Below, one piece after another: positions 37,217 through 47,522 of a stretch of DNA of 64,000 bases (its first letter is position 1; every line of letters begins with the position of its first letter). A model generated the notes under the pieces. It searched no databases and had not been told where the DNA came from. It was given only the letters and a program-made list of their open reading frames with translations. The translations under genes were made by a program, and so were the position numbers. Source of the stretch: an uncultured Bacteroidales bacterium (lineage in GTDB: Bacteria > Bacteroidota > Bacteroidia > Bacteroidales > FEN-979); the NCBI GenBank assembly GCA_903926565.1, contig CAIYJU010000196.1, positions 22-64,021 on the forward strand, in the 5' to 3' direction.

Positions 37217-37885
37217 ATGGAAAACGGTCACCTCAATAATGGTAAAATTAACCTGATAGTCGCAGAAAATCAGGAGATTATACTCCATTCGCTAATTTCA
37301 CTCATTGGATCTTTCGGCGAATTCGAGATCATTGGTACTGCGACTGATGGCACTGAATTACTGAAGAAGCTTGAAAATATAAAGCCCGATGTGATACTTC
37401 TGGATATTAAAAAACCGGGACTTACTACCATTGAGGTTACCAGGATTATTGATGAGAAGATGCCCTGGGTTAAAATTGTTTCACTGACAAGGCATAACCA
37501 TCCGTTTTTTATTAAGGAGATGTTAAAGCATGGTGCCAAAGGGTTCTTGTCGAAGAACTGTTCTGTAGAGGAACTCCATGAAGGCATTAAACGGGTTTAT
37601 AGTGGAAAAACCTATTTTTGCAGTTTATGCTCAAAAGTTATTCTGCGGGATTATGCTGCCGAACCAGCTGTAGGGACCGTTGATTTACGTAATATAACTC
37701 CGAGAGAGATTGAAATTATAGGTTATTTATCTGAAGGATGTTCCACAAAAGAGATTTCCGATAAGTTGTTTATCAGCAATAAAACAGTTGAAAGGCACAA
37801 ATCGAATTTGTTTAAAAAGATGCAATTGCGCAATACGGCTCAGCTGATCAAAGTAGCTGTTGAAAACGGGTTGTTAATACATTAA
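37217..37885 (+). CDS. Orphan NarL/LuxR-family response regulator
   Basis: DVILLDIKKPG, GAKGFLSKN, ITPREIEII, ISNKTVERHKSNLFKK. A TAAATTTG box at 37201-37208 favours ATG 37217 over 37157. Confidence 0.9.
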   Translation: MENGHLNNGKINLIVAENQEIILHSLISLIGSFGEFEIIGTATDGTELLKKLENIKPDVILLDIKKPGLTTIEVTRIIDEKMPWVKIVSLTRHNHPFFIKEMLKHGAKGFLSKNCSVEELHEGIKRVYSGKTYFCSLCSKVILRDYAAEPAVGTVDLRNITPREIEIIGYLSEGCSTKEISDKLFISNKTVERHKSNLFKKMQLRNTAQLIKVAVENGLLIH

Positions 37886-37892
37886 AAGTTAG

Positions 37893-39854
37893 ATGAAGCC
37901 AGTAATTACAAAAAAAGCGAAACAAAAAAAGCCTAATCCTATTGGCACGGGTCCTGCCTCGAAACATATCGGATCCTTTTCTGACAGCAATTTCCGGCAA
38001 TGGCTACTGGCAGCAATTATCCTGATTATCACATTCAGCTGTTACTTTCAGGTGCTTAGTAATGACTTCATTCCAACGTGGGACGACAATGCATACATAA
38101 TTGACAACGTCCTTATCAGAAGTCTCTCCTTTTCTGCCATCAGGGAAATGTTTACTTCCCAGGTAGGTGGTACCTATGTTCCACTTCCTTTGCTTTCATA
38201 TGCGATTGAGTATAAAATATGGGGACTCAACCCTGTTCCCTTTCATGCTACAAATCTTTTGTTGCATTTGATCTGCACATTTCTGGTTTTCAGAATTCTT
38301 TGCAGATTTAATATTAAACCGCTATTTGCCGCATCCGCAGCTCTGATTTATGGCATCCACCCGATGGGGGTTGAGTCCGTGGCCTGGGTCACAGAGCGAA
38401 AGGACCTCCTTTACAGTGTGTTTTATTTTTGGTCACTGCTGTTATATGTTATTTATTTGCAGGCGAGGTCACAAAGAATGTTGCTGTTCTTCACCAGTCT
38501 TGGCCTTTTTGTACTGGCACTTTTTTCAAAAATCCAGGCAGTTTCTCTTCCCTTGATTTTACTGCTTGTCGATTTTTATTTTAACCGGACCGACTGGAAA
38601 AGGATTTTTTTTGAGAAGGTGCCATTCTTCCTTCTGTCAATTGCATTTGGGATTGCGGGTATCTTTGTTTTAAGACATGTAGGGGCCTTGAAAATTAATG
38701 AATTGTTTACACTGAGCGAAAGATTGTTTTTTGGAATTTATACCCTGAGCGCCTATTTCCTTAAGTTCTTTATGCCGGTAACCATGAGTGCACTCTATCC
38801 ATATCCTGTTATCAGCAGCGGAATGCCCTTGCCATTGTTATACTATTTAAGCCCGTTGTTTATCCTTGTTCTTGCTGCTGTTGTTTATTATACTTCACGA
38901 AAGACCCGGGTAATCGTTTTTGGCTCGCTTATTTTTCTCCTTTCTGTTATTTTTATGCTTCAGATATTTGGTGCGGGCCAGGGATTTCTGGCCGACAGAT
39001 ATGTCAAGGTTCCCTATCTGGGAATGGTATTCATCGCAGGCTGGGGGATGGAGCATTTTTCTACAAAAGTCAAACATGGAACCCTGGCAGCATGGCTTGT
39101 GTATGTCTCCTTCTGCTTATTTTTAATGGTCTCAACTATCCAGCGATGCAAGGTGTGGAAGAACGGTGAAACCCTCTGGTCGGATGTTATTGACAAATAC
39201 CCGGAAAGAGATTCACGTCCCTACGCATGCCGGGGCTTGTACTACAGGGCTGAAAAGAACAATGAACGCGCACTTACGGATTTGAACAAATCGCTCACAC
39301 TTAATAGAAATGATGCAGAGATCATGCTGATGCGCGGCAATATCTATTTTGACATGGGCAAACACGATTCTGCATACCTGGATTACCTTCACAGTTTGAA
39401 GATGAAGATGGATAATTCTCTTGCATTGGGTAATTTAGGCGCGATTTATGTGAAAAGGAACCAGTTCGATTCGGCAGTGTATTACCTTTCGAAGGCTCTT
39501 CAGAGAGATACAGGGTTTGCAGTATCTTATGCAAACAGGGCCGTAGCTTACGGAGGATTAGGGAAATCAGACGAGTCAATTGCCGATTTTAAGCATTATC
39601 TCTGCTATAAACCAAATGATGAGAGGGTCTTTATGAGTATTGCCCTTGCCTACCAGCGTTCCGGGCGTTACCAGGAGAGTCTTGCCTGGTTTGATAAGGC
39701 GATTGCCCAAAAGCCGGATTTTGGGAGTTATTATTACTACCGGTCCCAGTCATACAAGTCAATGGGGAGTCGCACCAAAGCACTGGAAGACGGACTGAAG
39801 GCTTTAAACCTTGGAGTCGCGGTTCCTCAGGGTTATTTGCAATCGCTCCGTTGA
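37893..39854 (+). CDS. TMTC-like GT-C glycosyltransferase with TPRs (copy 3)
   Basis: PTWDD, TYVPL, HPMGVESVAWVTERKD, LADRY, VWKNGETLW, TPRs. Confidence 0.85.
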   Translation: MKPVITKKAKQKKPNPIGTGPASKHIGSFSDSNFRQWLLAAIILIITFSCYFQVLSNDFIPTWDDNAYIIDNVLIRSLSFSAIREMFTSQVGGTYVPLPLLSYAIEYKIWGLNPVPFHATNLLLHLICTFLVFRILCRFNIKPLFAASAALIYGIHPMGVESVAWVTERKDLLYSVFYFWSLLLYVIYLQARSQRMLLFFTSLGLFVLALFSKIQAVSLPLILLLVDFYFNRTDWKRIFFEKVPFFLLSIAFGIAGIFVLRHVGALKINELFTLSERLFFGIYTLSAYFLKFFMPVTMSALYPYPVISSGMPLPLLYYLSPLFILVLAAVVYYTSRKTRVIVFGSLIFLLSVIFMLQIFGAGQGFLADRYVKVPYLGMVFIAGWGMEHFSTKVKHGTLAAWLVYVSFCLFLMVSTIQRCKVWKNGETLWSDVIDKYPERDSRPYACRGLYYRAEKNNERALTDLNKSLTLNRNDAEIMLMRGNIYFDMGKHDSAYLDYLHSLKMKMDNSLALGNLGAIYVKRNQFDSAVYYLSKALQRDTGFAVSYANRAVAYGGLGKSDESIADFKHYLCYKPNDERVFMSIALAYQRSGRYQESLAWFDKAIAQKPDFGSYYYYRSQSYKSMGSRTKALEDGLKALNLGVAVPQGYLQSLR

Positions 39855-39924
39855 TGGGGTTAACGGGCCATGTGCCGCATGGGATTCATGAAAAATATGT
39901 TGATGAACCATAAATTAGTATTAC

Positions 39925-41922
39925 ATGAAGCAAGACAAAAAAACTCCAATAAAGAAGACACAACCAGTAAAATCAGTACCTTCACGAAAAAAAGTCATTG
40001 ATGCACAGCCAATCTGGCAAATAGTTCTGCCAATGGTATTGATTGTCATTATTACATGGGTTTTATACCAGCCGGCAACCCGTCACGGCTTTACCAACTG
40101 GGATGACCCAACCTATGTCCTGGAAAATCCAAAGGTAAAAAATCTCAGCAGCGACAATGTTGCCTATTTTTTCAGTAATCCATCAGCTTCAAATTACCAT
40201 CCGCTAACCATGATCTCCCTGGCCATTGATTACTATTATGCTTCAGGAGATAATAAAAATGCTGCCCAGCAAGAGGAACCGATGGCCGGCCGGTTTCATA
40301 CAACCAACATCATTCTGCATCTTCTGAATGTGTTGCTTGTGTTTGTTTTCGTGTACCTTGTTTCCCGGAAGCGGATTCTGGTTGCAACAATAACGGCATT
40401 TCTCTTTGCCATTCATCCGATGCATGTTGAATCAGTCGCCTGGATTGCAGAAAGGAAGGATGTGCTTTATACGTTTTTCTTTATGGCAGGGTTGATTGTT
40501 TATCTGAAGTACCTTGGCTCAAAGTCGTGGGTTTATCTCGTGACAGCATTTCTTCTTTTTATCCTTTCAGCTTTTTCAAAACCCTCTGCGGTTGTTTTTC
40601 CTTTGGTTTTAATCGCCATAGATTATTTCATGGAGCGAAAATTTTCAGCCAGGGTGTGGGTAGAGAAAATACCATTTTTTGTCGTTGCTATTGTGTTCGG
40701 TTTGATAACCTTTCTCATTCAGTCAAAGGATGCCATTGCCGATATAAGAGTGTTCAGCATGTTTCAGCGCGCGATGTTTGCAGCTTATGGTTTTATTATG
40801 TATATTGTTAAAATAGTTGCCCCCTGGAATTTTTCCGCCTTTTATCCCTATCCGCGATTAACTTCATCAGGAGGACTGCCCATTATCTTTTATCTATCAC
40901 CTTTGATTGTGATAATTGTTGCAGCAGTTGTTGTGTTTTCTGTTCGTTACACAAAAGTTGTACTGTTTGGAATGCTTTTTTACCTGTTCTCACTTGTTCT
41001 TGTTCTGCAGTTTGTCTCTGTTGGCAGTGCCATTATGGCCGATCGATACTCATACGTTGCTTCAATCGGCTTGTTTTTTATCATAGCATGGTTTATCGAC
41101 CAGGCCTTTGCGGTAAAGGCTGGCAAATTGTATCCTGTGCGCTGGATTCTGGCAGGAGCTCTGGTTGTTTTTTCCGTTTTTTCCCTTAAGGTTGCCTTCA
41201 GCCAGGTCATGGTTTGGAAAAATTCTGAAACCTTATGGACCGATGTCATCGAAAAGTATCCGCAGGCGGAAGTCTCCTATAAGAACCGGGGTAATTTCTA
41301 CGGGGCACTTAATATCACGGATAAAGCCCTGAAGGATTATAAGGTTTATGTGCAATTAAAACCTGATGATCCCAGGGCATACAGTAATATTGGTAATATC
41401 TATGGGGTAAACAATGAACTTGACAATGCGCTTTTATCCTACTCAAAGTCAATTGCACTTGACAGTATCAACCCTGAAACTTATGTCAACAGGGCGATTA
41501 CTTATGCAAAGGGAAAAAAGTTTGATCTTGCACTCAAAGATTATGATAAAGCTTTAATGCTGAATCCGGGAATTTCCGGTGTTTATGTTAACAAAGCCTA
41601 TACACTTCTTGAAATGGGCAGGTACGAGGATGCCATGAAAGCATATAATTACCTGATTGATCAGACTCCCGGGAATGATGATTATTATCTGAAACGGGGT
41701 ACATGTCAGTATATGTTAAAAAACAACAGGGAGGCCCTGGATGACTATGCCAAATGCCTGTCGCTGAACCCGTCGAACGGGAATGCCTGCTACAACAGTT
41801 CAGTGATCTATAACGCACAGAATGACTTTGTAAAGGCTTACCAATACGCACTGAAGGCGAAATCGGTTAATTATCCGGTAGATGCCGGATATCTGGACCG
41901 GCTGAAAAATCTAACCAAGTAA
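39925..41922 (+). CDS. TMTC-like GT-C glycosyltransferase with TPRs (copy 4)
   Basis: FTNWDD, NYHPL, HPMHVESVAWIAERKD, MADRYSY, VWKNSETLW, TPRs. Confidence 0.85.
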   Translation: MKQDKKTPIKKTQPVKSVPSRKKVIDAQPIWQIVLPMVLIVIITWVLYQPATRHGFTNWDDPTYVLENPKVKNLSSDNVAYFFSNPSASNYHPLTMISLAIDYYYASGDNKNAAQQEEPMAGRFHTTNIILHLLNVLLVFVFVYLVSRKRILVATITAFLFAIHPMHVESVAWIAERKDVLYTFFFMAGLIVYLKYLGSKSWVYLVTAFLLFILSAFSKPSAVVFPLVLIAIDYFMERKFSARVWVEKIPFFVVAIVFGLITFLIQSKDAIADIRVFSMFQRAMFAAYGFIMYIVKIVAPWNFSAFYPYPRLTSSGGLPIIFYLSPLIVIIVAAVVVFSVRYTKVVLFGMLFYLFSLVLVLQFVSVGSAIMADRYSYVASIGLFFIIAWFIDQAFAVKAGKLYPVRWILAGALVVFSVFSLKVAFSQVMVWKNSETLWTDVIEKYPQAEVSYKNRGNFYGALNITDKALKDYKVYVQLKPDDPRAYSNIGNIYGVNNELDNALLSYSKSIALDSINPETYVNRAITYAKGKKFDLALKDYDKALMLNPGISGVYVNKAYTLLEMGRYEDAMKAYNYLIDQTPGNDDYYLKRGTCQYMLKNNREALDDYAKCLSLNPSNGNACYNSSVIYNAQNDFVKAYQYALKAKSVNYPVDAGYLDRLKNLTK

Positions 41923-41947
41923 CATTCACATCGTACCTGCAGGAAGT

Positions 41948-43876
41948 ATGAAGAAAAAATATCTTTATCTGGTTGTATTCCTTTTCGGAGTGGTCGTTTA
42001 TTTGAACACACTACCCAATAAATACGCCTATGATGATTTTAGTGTGGTACAGGGCAATAAATTTACCAGGGAAGGGTTGACAGGCATTTTTGGCCACCTG
42101 TTTAATGATAGTTTCACCGGTTTTACCGGGCAGAAAAATCTATTCAGGGGTGGCAGGTACCGTCCGCTGTCATTGATTACCTTAAGTGCTGAATACCAGT
42201 TTTTCGGGGCAAGTCCTTTCGTGAGCCACCTGGTAAACGTGATCCTCTATGGATTAATCTGTATGCTTTTATTCAAAGTTCTTGCAAATTTATTCCGGGA
42301 GAAGCTTGTTTTTAAAAAGCCGCGGGATTACTTTGTAAGTCTGTCACTGATGGCGGCACTCATTTTTGCGGCACATCCCATTCATACCGAGGTTGCTGCA
42401 AATATCAAAGGAAGGGATGAACTGATGGCCCTGCTGTTCGGGCTGCTTGCCTGGAACGCTGTCATCATGTATGCGGATAAAGGGAAAGTGAGCAGTGTGT
42501 TTTATGGAGGGCTTTTCTTTTTCTTATCATTAATGTCTAAAGAGAGTGCTTCACCATTGCTCATCCTTATTCCGGTTTCTTTATACTGTTGCCGGAGTAA
42601 AACTGTTTTCCGGAATTCGGTTTTGTGGAGTTCGGTTAGCTTGCTGGCTGGATTTGCTGTGTTTATGCTCATCCGGCAAAGTGTTTTAGGATGGAATTCC
42701 AAACCAACAATGGAGGACAATATTTTAAGCAACTCCTTTATGTATGCATCAGGATTTTCTGAAAGATATGGCACCACGCTTTACACCCTGTGGCTTTATG
42801 TGAAACTGTTGCTTTTTCCGCATCCGCTTACAATTGATTATTATCCGTTCTACATACCCTATATCGGATTGACGGATTTGCGGGCGATCCTGCCTTTTTT
42901 GTTTTATACCGGACTTGTCATTGCTGCCATTTACCTGACATACAAAAAAAACATTGCCGGATTCGGACTTCTTTTCTTCCTTGTTGCGCTTTTTCCGGTG
43001 TCAAACCTGCTCTTTATCATCGGACCATTCATGGGAGAGCGGTTTGCTTTTATTCCTTCGGTCGGGTTTGCCATCGCTTTTGCATGGATTTTGATCAGAG
43101 GGGCAGAGAAGACAAAAATGACCCATATTCTGCCATATGCTGTAATGGTTTTGTTAATTCTTTATTCGGGAAAAACAATTTCCCGCAATTTTGACTGGAA
43201 AGACAGCTACACGCTTTATACCAGGGATGTGCTTACCTCGGTGAACAGTGCCGTTATAACGAAAGGGGCCGGACATGAATTATTGTTAAAGGCTGAGGCA
43301 ACCAAAGATAATGAGGTGAAGAGAAGTTATGCCCAAAAGGCAATTCCCTATCTTGAGCAGGCAGCAAAGATGAACAGGACGACCACTGAGACTTTTTTAC
43401 TGGCAAATGCCTATTATGAAAATGGCGAGTTTGAAAAGGCCCTGGAAATGTATCTTGAGACCCTGAAGATTAACCCTGCTTATGAAAAGGCATTCAGCAA
43501 CTATTTCGTTTCGGTTAACCGGCTGAGTTCACCTGTATCGAAAATACAATATTATAACCTGCTGATTAATGCCACAGGCGACAAGTACGAATCCTTCTAT
43601 AACAAAGGCCTTGTATTTGGCAAGGAGATGAATCTTCCCGATTCTTCGATATATAACCTAGTCAAAGCGAGCAGGATAGACAGTACACAGTTTGAATGTC
43701 TGAGTGATCTGGGTGTTGCATTTGCCATGAAAGGAAATTTCAGCCAATCGGCTTTTTATCTTGAAAAGGCTTTGAGAATTAAGCCAAACGACATGAAGAT
43801 CAGGCAAAATCTGGCCGCTTCTTATTTCAATATGGGTAACCTTAAACGGGCAAAGGAGATAACAGATGCGCGATAA
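41948..43876 (+). CDS. TMTC-like GT-C glycosyltransferase with TPRs (copy 5, GRDE subtype)
   Basis: YAYDD, GGRYRPLS, HPIHTEVAANIKGRDE, SKES, PHPLTIDY, MGERF, DWKDS, TPRs. Confidence 0.85.
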   Translation: MKKKYLYLVVFLFGVVVYLNTLPNKYAYDDFSVVQGNKFTREGLTGIFGHLFNDSFTGFTGQKNLFRGGRYRPLSLITLSAEYQFFGASPFVSHLVNVILYGLICMLLFKVLANLFREKLVFKKPRDYFVSLSLMAALIFAAHPIHTEVAANIKGRDELMALLFGLLAWNAVIMYADKGKVSSVFYGGLFFFLSLMSKESASPLLILIPVSLYCCRSKTVFRNSVLWSSVSLLAGFAVFMLIRQSVLGWNSKPTMEDNILSNSFMYASGFSERYGTTLYTLWLYVKLLLFPHPLTIDYYPFYIPYIGLTDLRAILPFLFYTGLVIAAIYLTYKKNIAGFGLLFFLVALFPVSNLLFIIGPFMGERFAFIPSVGFAIAFAWILIRGAEKTKMTHILPYAVMVLLILYSGKTISRNFDWKDSYTLYTRDVLTSVNSAVITKGAGHELLLKAEATKDNEVKRSYAQKAIPYLEQAAKMNRTTTETFLLANAYYENGEFEKALEMYLETLKINPAYEKAFSNYFVSVNRLSSPVSKIQYYNLLINATGDKYESFYNKGLVFGKEMNLPDSSIYNLVKASRIDSTQFECLSDLGVAFAMKGNFSQSAFYLEKALRIKPNDMKIRQNLAASYFNMGNLKRAKEITDAR

Positions 43877-43887
43877 ATTCCGGAGAT

Positions 43888-45816
43888 TTACCTTTTATTG
43901 TTCATAATCTGATAAGTAACCCTGATGTTCTGGCGAATCTGCTGATCTGATGGATCAAGTTTCTGCGCTCTTGAAAAAATATCCAGGGCCCTGGTGTAGT
44001 CACCTTTCATGCTGTAAACGATTCCAAGATCTTTGTATGCCGGCAGGTTCCCGGGATTGAGGCTGACGGATCGCTCGAGAAACCAGGATGCCGAGTCGAG
44101 GTTCCCTTTAAATTGTCCGTATAGTTTTCCAAGGCTGTAGTTCACATCCGGGTTTTCAGGGTTGATCGCGTATATTCTTTTCAGAATTTGAACCTTATAG
44201 TCAGATTCCTTTTGGTTTTCGAGTGAACCGAGAACCTGGATTATATTTGTAAAAGCATTCTGATTGTACGGGTCTATGTCCAATACTTTAATATATTGGG
44301 AAATAGAGAGTTTGTAGTCCTTTTTATATAGTGCCAATACATTACCATATAAAACAAGGCCATTTATCGCTGTGGGGTAAATACTTAGTGCTTTTTCAAG
44401 ATATTTAACTGAATGCTCGTAGTCTTCTGCCTGCTTTGCCGGGTCGGTTTCCTGACCTGCTTTTTTCTGATAATCACCGCCTGCGGAGATGTTGCACTTC
44501 ACGCTGTTTTCCGAGACAAGAACATCCGTGGTAAAAAGCGTAAAATCATCTTTCCATGCTTTATTCCTTGAATAGGTCGCTACAGTATGCAATGTGAGTA
44601 TTAACAGTAGTATGCCTGATGCCAGATTCCTGTAAATTTTCTCTTTTTTGATGATGAGTGGTAGTTTTTCAGCGACAAGATATGCTATTATCAGTGCAAA
44701 ACCCAGGGAGGGCATGTAGATAAACCGTTCGTTCATGAATGTTCCAACAGGGAAAAGCAGGTTGGACACGATAAAAAGTGTTAACATGTAGAACAGGATA
44801 CCATAAGAAATGAGGTCCTTCGATTTAATTTTCCAGAACGCATACGTTAGCAGGGAAATGTACATAAGCAGGGAGGCCACCGATTTCCAGTCGGTTATGT
44901 TAATAAGTTGAATATGATATGGATAGTAGTCGTGTGTAAGTGGGTGCGGGAAAAACAGCAGTTTAATATACAGGCCCAGGGTGTATATGATCGTTCCGAT
45001 TTTCTCACCTTCTGATGCTCCAAGGAAGGGGTTGTTTAGCAGTTCTTTAGGTAATTCGCCGGAGTTGAGGTATCCTAATACAAGGAACCTGATAAACACA
45101 AAGATGATGGCGGTTGACAGGAATGAGAGGCTTACCAGAATGTTTTTCCTGGTGGGTACTTTGGTGAAAAAATAGATTGTAAGCGGAATCATGACGACAA
45201 ACATGATGGCATTTTCTTTTGACAACAACCCAAGAAAAAGGCTCAGGTTGGCCATCAACAATAAGACAGGTTTCTTACTTTCAAAGTAACGTATTGTTGT
45301 CCAAATGGTTATTAAGGGGAATAGAAGTGCGAAAAGTTCATCTCTTCCTTTGATGTTCGCCACCACTTCGGTATGAACCGGGTGAGCCATAAACAGGAGG
45401 GAAGCAATGAAAGGAATGCTCAGGAACCATAGTTTTCCGGGCCGGGGTTTTATGAGTCTGGTGAAAATAATGAAGATAAAACTACCGGTGAGTGCATAAA
45501 GCAGGATGTTGATGAGGTGACTGAAAAACGGATTTAGCCCGCCCGTCACTGCGTATTCAATTGCAAATGAGGCGATCGACAATGGTCGGTACCTGCCGCC
45601 TGCAACAAGTTTTTTTTCGGTACCAAAGAATCCGGTAAAGGAGTCATAGCTGAATATTTCTTTAATGCCTGAAAGCCCCTTTTTTGTAAAGGAGTTGTCT
45701 TTGATAACGATGAGGTCATCAAGAGCATAATCGTTTGTCAGCGTATTTCCATAAAGCAGAAATGCGAATAAGAATATCAGAAGATGCGGCAGGTATTTGT
45801 CCGATAAAAATTTCAT
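43888..45816 (-). CDS. TMTC-like GT-C glycosyltransferase with TPRs (copy 6, GRDE subtype)
   Basis: YALDD, GGRYRPLS, HPVHTEVVANIKGRDE, SKEN, PHPLTHDY, MNERF, AWKDDFTL, TPRs. Confidence 0.85.
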   Translation of the reverse strand: MKFLSDKYLPHLLIFLFAFLLYGNTLTNDYALDDLIVIKDNSFTKKGLSGIKEIFSYDSFTGFFGTEKKLVAGGRYRPLSIASFAIEYAVTGGLNPFFSHLINILLYALTGSFIFIIFTRLIKPRPGKLWFLSIPFIASLLFMAHPVHTEVVANIKGRDELFALLFPLITIWTTIRYFESKKPVLLLMANLSLFLGLLSKENAIMFVVMIPLTIYFFTKVPTRKNILVSLSFLSTAIIFVFIRFLVLGYLNSGELPKELLNNPFLGASEGEKIGTIIYTLGLYIKLLFFPHPLTHDYYPYHIQLINITDWKSVASLLMYISLLTYAFWKIKSKDLISYGILFYMLTLFIVSNLLFPVGTFMNERFIYMPSLGFALIIAYLVAEKLPLIIKKEKIYRNLASGILLLILTLHTVATYSRNKAWKDDFTLFTTDVLVSENSVKCNISAGGDYQKKAGQETDPAKQAEDYEHSVKYLEKALSIYPTAINGLVLYGNVLALYKKDYKLSISQYIKVLDIDPYNQNAFTNIIQVLGSLENQKESDYKVQILKRIYAINPENPDVNYSLGKLYGQFKGNLDSASWFLERSVSLNPGNLPAYKDLGIVYSMKGDYTRALDIFSRAQKLDPSDQQIRQNIRVTYQIMNNKR

Positions 45817-47516
45817 GGCCTGAGTTTATCAATTTTTTCCAGGAGTTGTTTGGCCTGCTCATTCCCGGGATCTATCCTGATCACTTTCAGGCAATAAACC
45901 CTGGCACTGTCGAAGCTGCCTTTATTATAGTTTGCAACGATCATGTTAAAAGTAGCATTCAGGTTTTCGGGTGAATGGGTGAGGTATTTCCTGAAATCTG
46001 AAATCGCATCATCGTGGTTGCCAAATTTGTCAGTGAACAGAATGCCCCTGTAAAGATAGGAATCATAATCATCGGGGTTGTGTCTTATCGCACTTGAATA
46101 GTCTGCAAGCGCAAGGTCATACTTCCCGATGATCCCATAAGCGATGCCCCTGTTTTTATATAAGGTGAAATTTGTCGAATCGATCTTCAGCCCATCCGTA
46201 CAATCCTGCAAAGCTTCATTGTATTGTTTGTTTTCATTGAATATGTAGGCTCTGTTGATATAGGCAGAAACACACCCTGGGTTTTTTTTCAAAACATCTG
46301 TCCACAGGGTTACGCTGTCTTTCCATATCAGGCCCCTGTTCCATGTAAGAATGAATAAAAGGAGCATGACTGCAATGCCTGATGCGTCAAGAAAATTTCT
46401 CTTTTCCCTTTCCAGCAAAGGACGCTTTTCCCAGAAAATGATTGCAACAATTGCTGCCAAGCCGGTGTACGGGATGTATGAGTAGCGTTCGGCAACAACA
46501 GCCCATCCGACCGGCAGAAACTGTAATACGGGAAAAATGGTTAACAGGAAGAACAGCATGCCAAAAGTGACATATTTGTTATTCTTCCATGTTTTCCAGA
46601 TAATATAGGTAACAGGGATGAAGATTAAAGGAGAAAAGTAGATATAAAACGGAAATGCACCCTGGAGTGTAACCGGATAATTATAGACAGCGGTCTGATA
46701 AAAGGGAAAAATGAATTTGAGCAGGTATATCCATATCCCGTAAGGAGCATAGAACAGGCTTTGCCACAATGGAATGCCAAGAGGATTGATGTAGCTGTTT
46801 TCATTCTGGGCCAGCACTGCAATGATGCCGAAAGCGACAGATAAGACCAGGAATGGAATCTTTTCCAGGATCACCCGGGGCTCAAATTTTCGTGACAGGA
46901 GATAGTCAGCAAGAAATAAAATGAGCGGCAACGTTACCGCCTGCGCTTTGGACAGCAGTGAGAAAATGAAAAAGAGAAGGCTTACAAGTAATAATGTGAT
47001 TTTATTCTTCTTCAGGTATGATATGTAAGCAATCAGCGAGAGGAAAAAATAGGCTGTGTACAGCAGGTCTTTTCGTTCAGACACCCATGCTACAGATTCA
47101 ACATGCATTGGATGCAGGGCGAAGATCATCGCAATGGTGACGGCCACGTTTACGTTCTTTTTTAACAAATTGAAAAAGAAGATATAGACGAGAACGGAAT
47201 TCAAGACATGGAGGAGCAGGTTATGGAAGTGATATCCCGGTGCCGCGAATTTAAACAGGTGAAAATCGAGGGAGAAGCTGAGAAGGATGAACGGGTGATA
47301 GTTCCCCATGAAATAGGTGGTGAATATTTTTTGAAAGTTTGCCATGGAAAAGCTGGTAATCATGTCATTGTTCATGATGTAAACAATGTCGTCCCAGTTC
47401 ACAAATTCATTATTCAGGGTAGGAATAAAGGCCGAGAAAGCAGCTGCAACCAACAGGAGGACTTTCCAGTTCAGCAATTTGATCTCTTTTGAGATGGCCT
47501 TTTTTTTGGCTGCCAT
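45813..47516 (-). CDS. TMTC-like GT-C glycosyltransferase with TPRs (copy 7)
   Basis: FVNWDD, NYHPF, HPMHVESVAWVSERKD, VAERYSY, IWKDSVTLW, TPRs. Confidence 0.85.
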   Translation of the reverse strand: MAAKKKAISKEIKLLNWKVLLLVAAAFSAFIPTLNNEFVNWDDIVYIMNNDMITSFSMANFQKIFTTYFMGNYHPFILLSFSLDFHLFKFAAPGYHFHNLLLHVLNSVLVYIFFFNLLKKNVNVAVTIAMIFALHPMHVESVAWVSERKDLLYTAYFFLSLIAYISYLKKNKITLLLVSLLFFIFSLLSKAQAVTLPLILFLADYLLSRKFEPRVILEKIPFLVLSVAFGIIAVLAQNENSYINPLGIPLWQSLFYAPYGIWIYLLKFIFPFYQTAVYNYPVTLQGAFPFYIYFSPLIFIPVTYIIWKTWKNNKYVTFGMLFFLLTIFPVLQFLPVGWAVVAERYSYIPYTGLAAIVAIIFWEKRPLLEREKRNFLDASGIAVMLLLFILTWNRGLIWKDSVTLWTDVLKKNPGCVSAYINRAYIFNENKQYNEALQDCTDGLKIDSTNFTLYKNRGIAYGIIGKYDLALADYSSAIRHNPDDYDSYLYRGILFTDKFGNHDDAISDFRKYLTHSPENLNATFNMIVANYNKGSFDSARVYCLKVIRIDPGNEQAKQLLEKIDKLRP

Positions 47517-47522
47517 AACAGA

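Noticed and set aside
12870-47510. A/T homopolymer runs of 8-9 nt in coding regions as phase-variation switches
   Set aside because: All affected ORFs are intact, and such runs are expected from Lys/Phe codons at this base composition.
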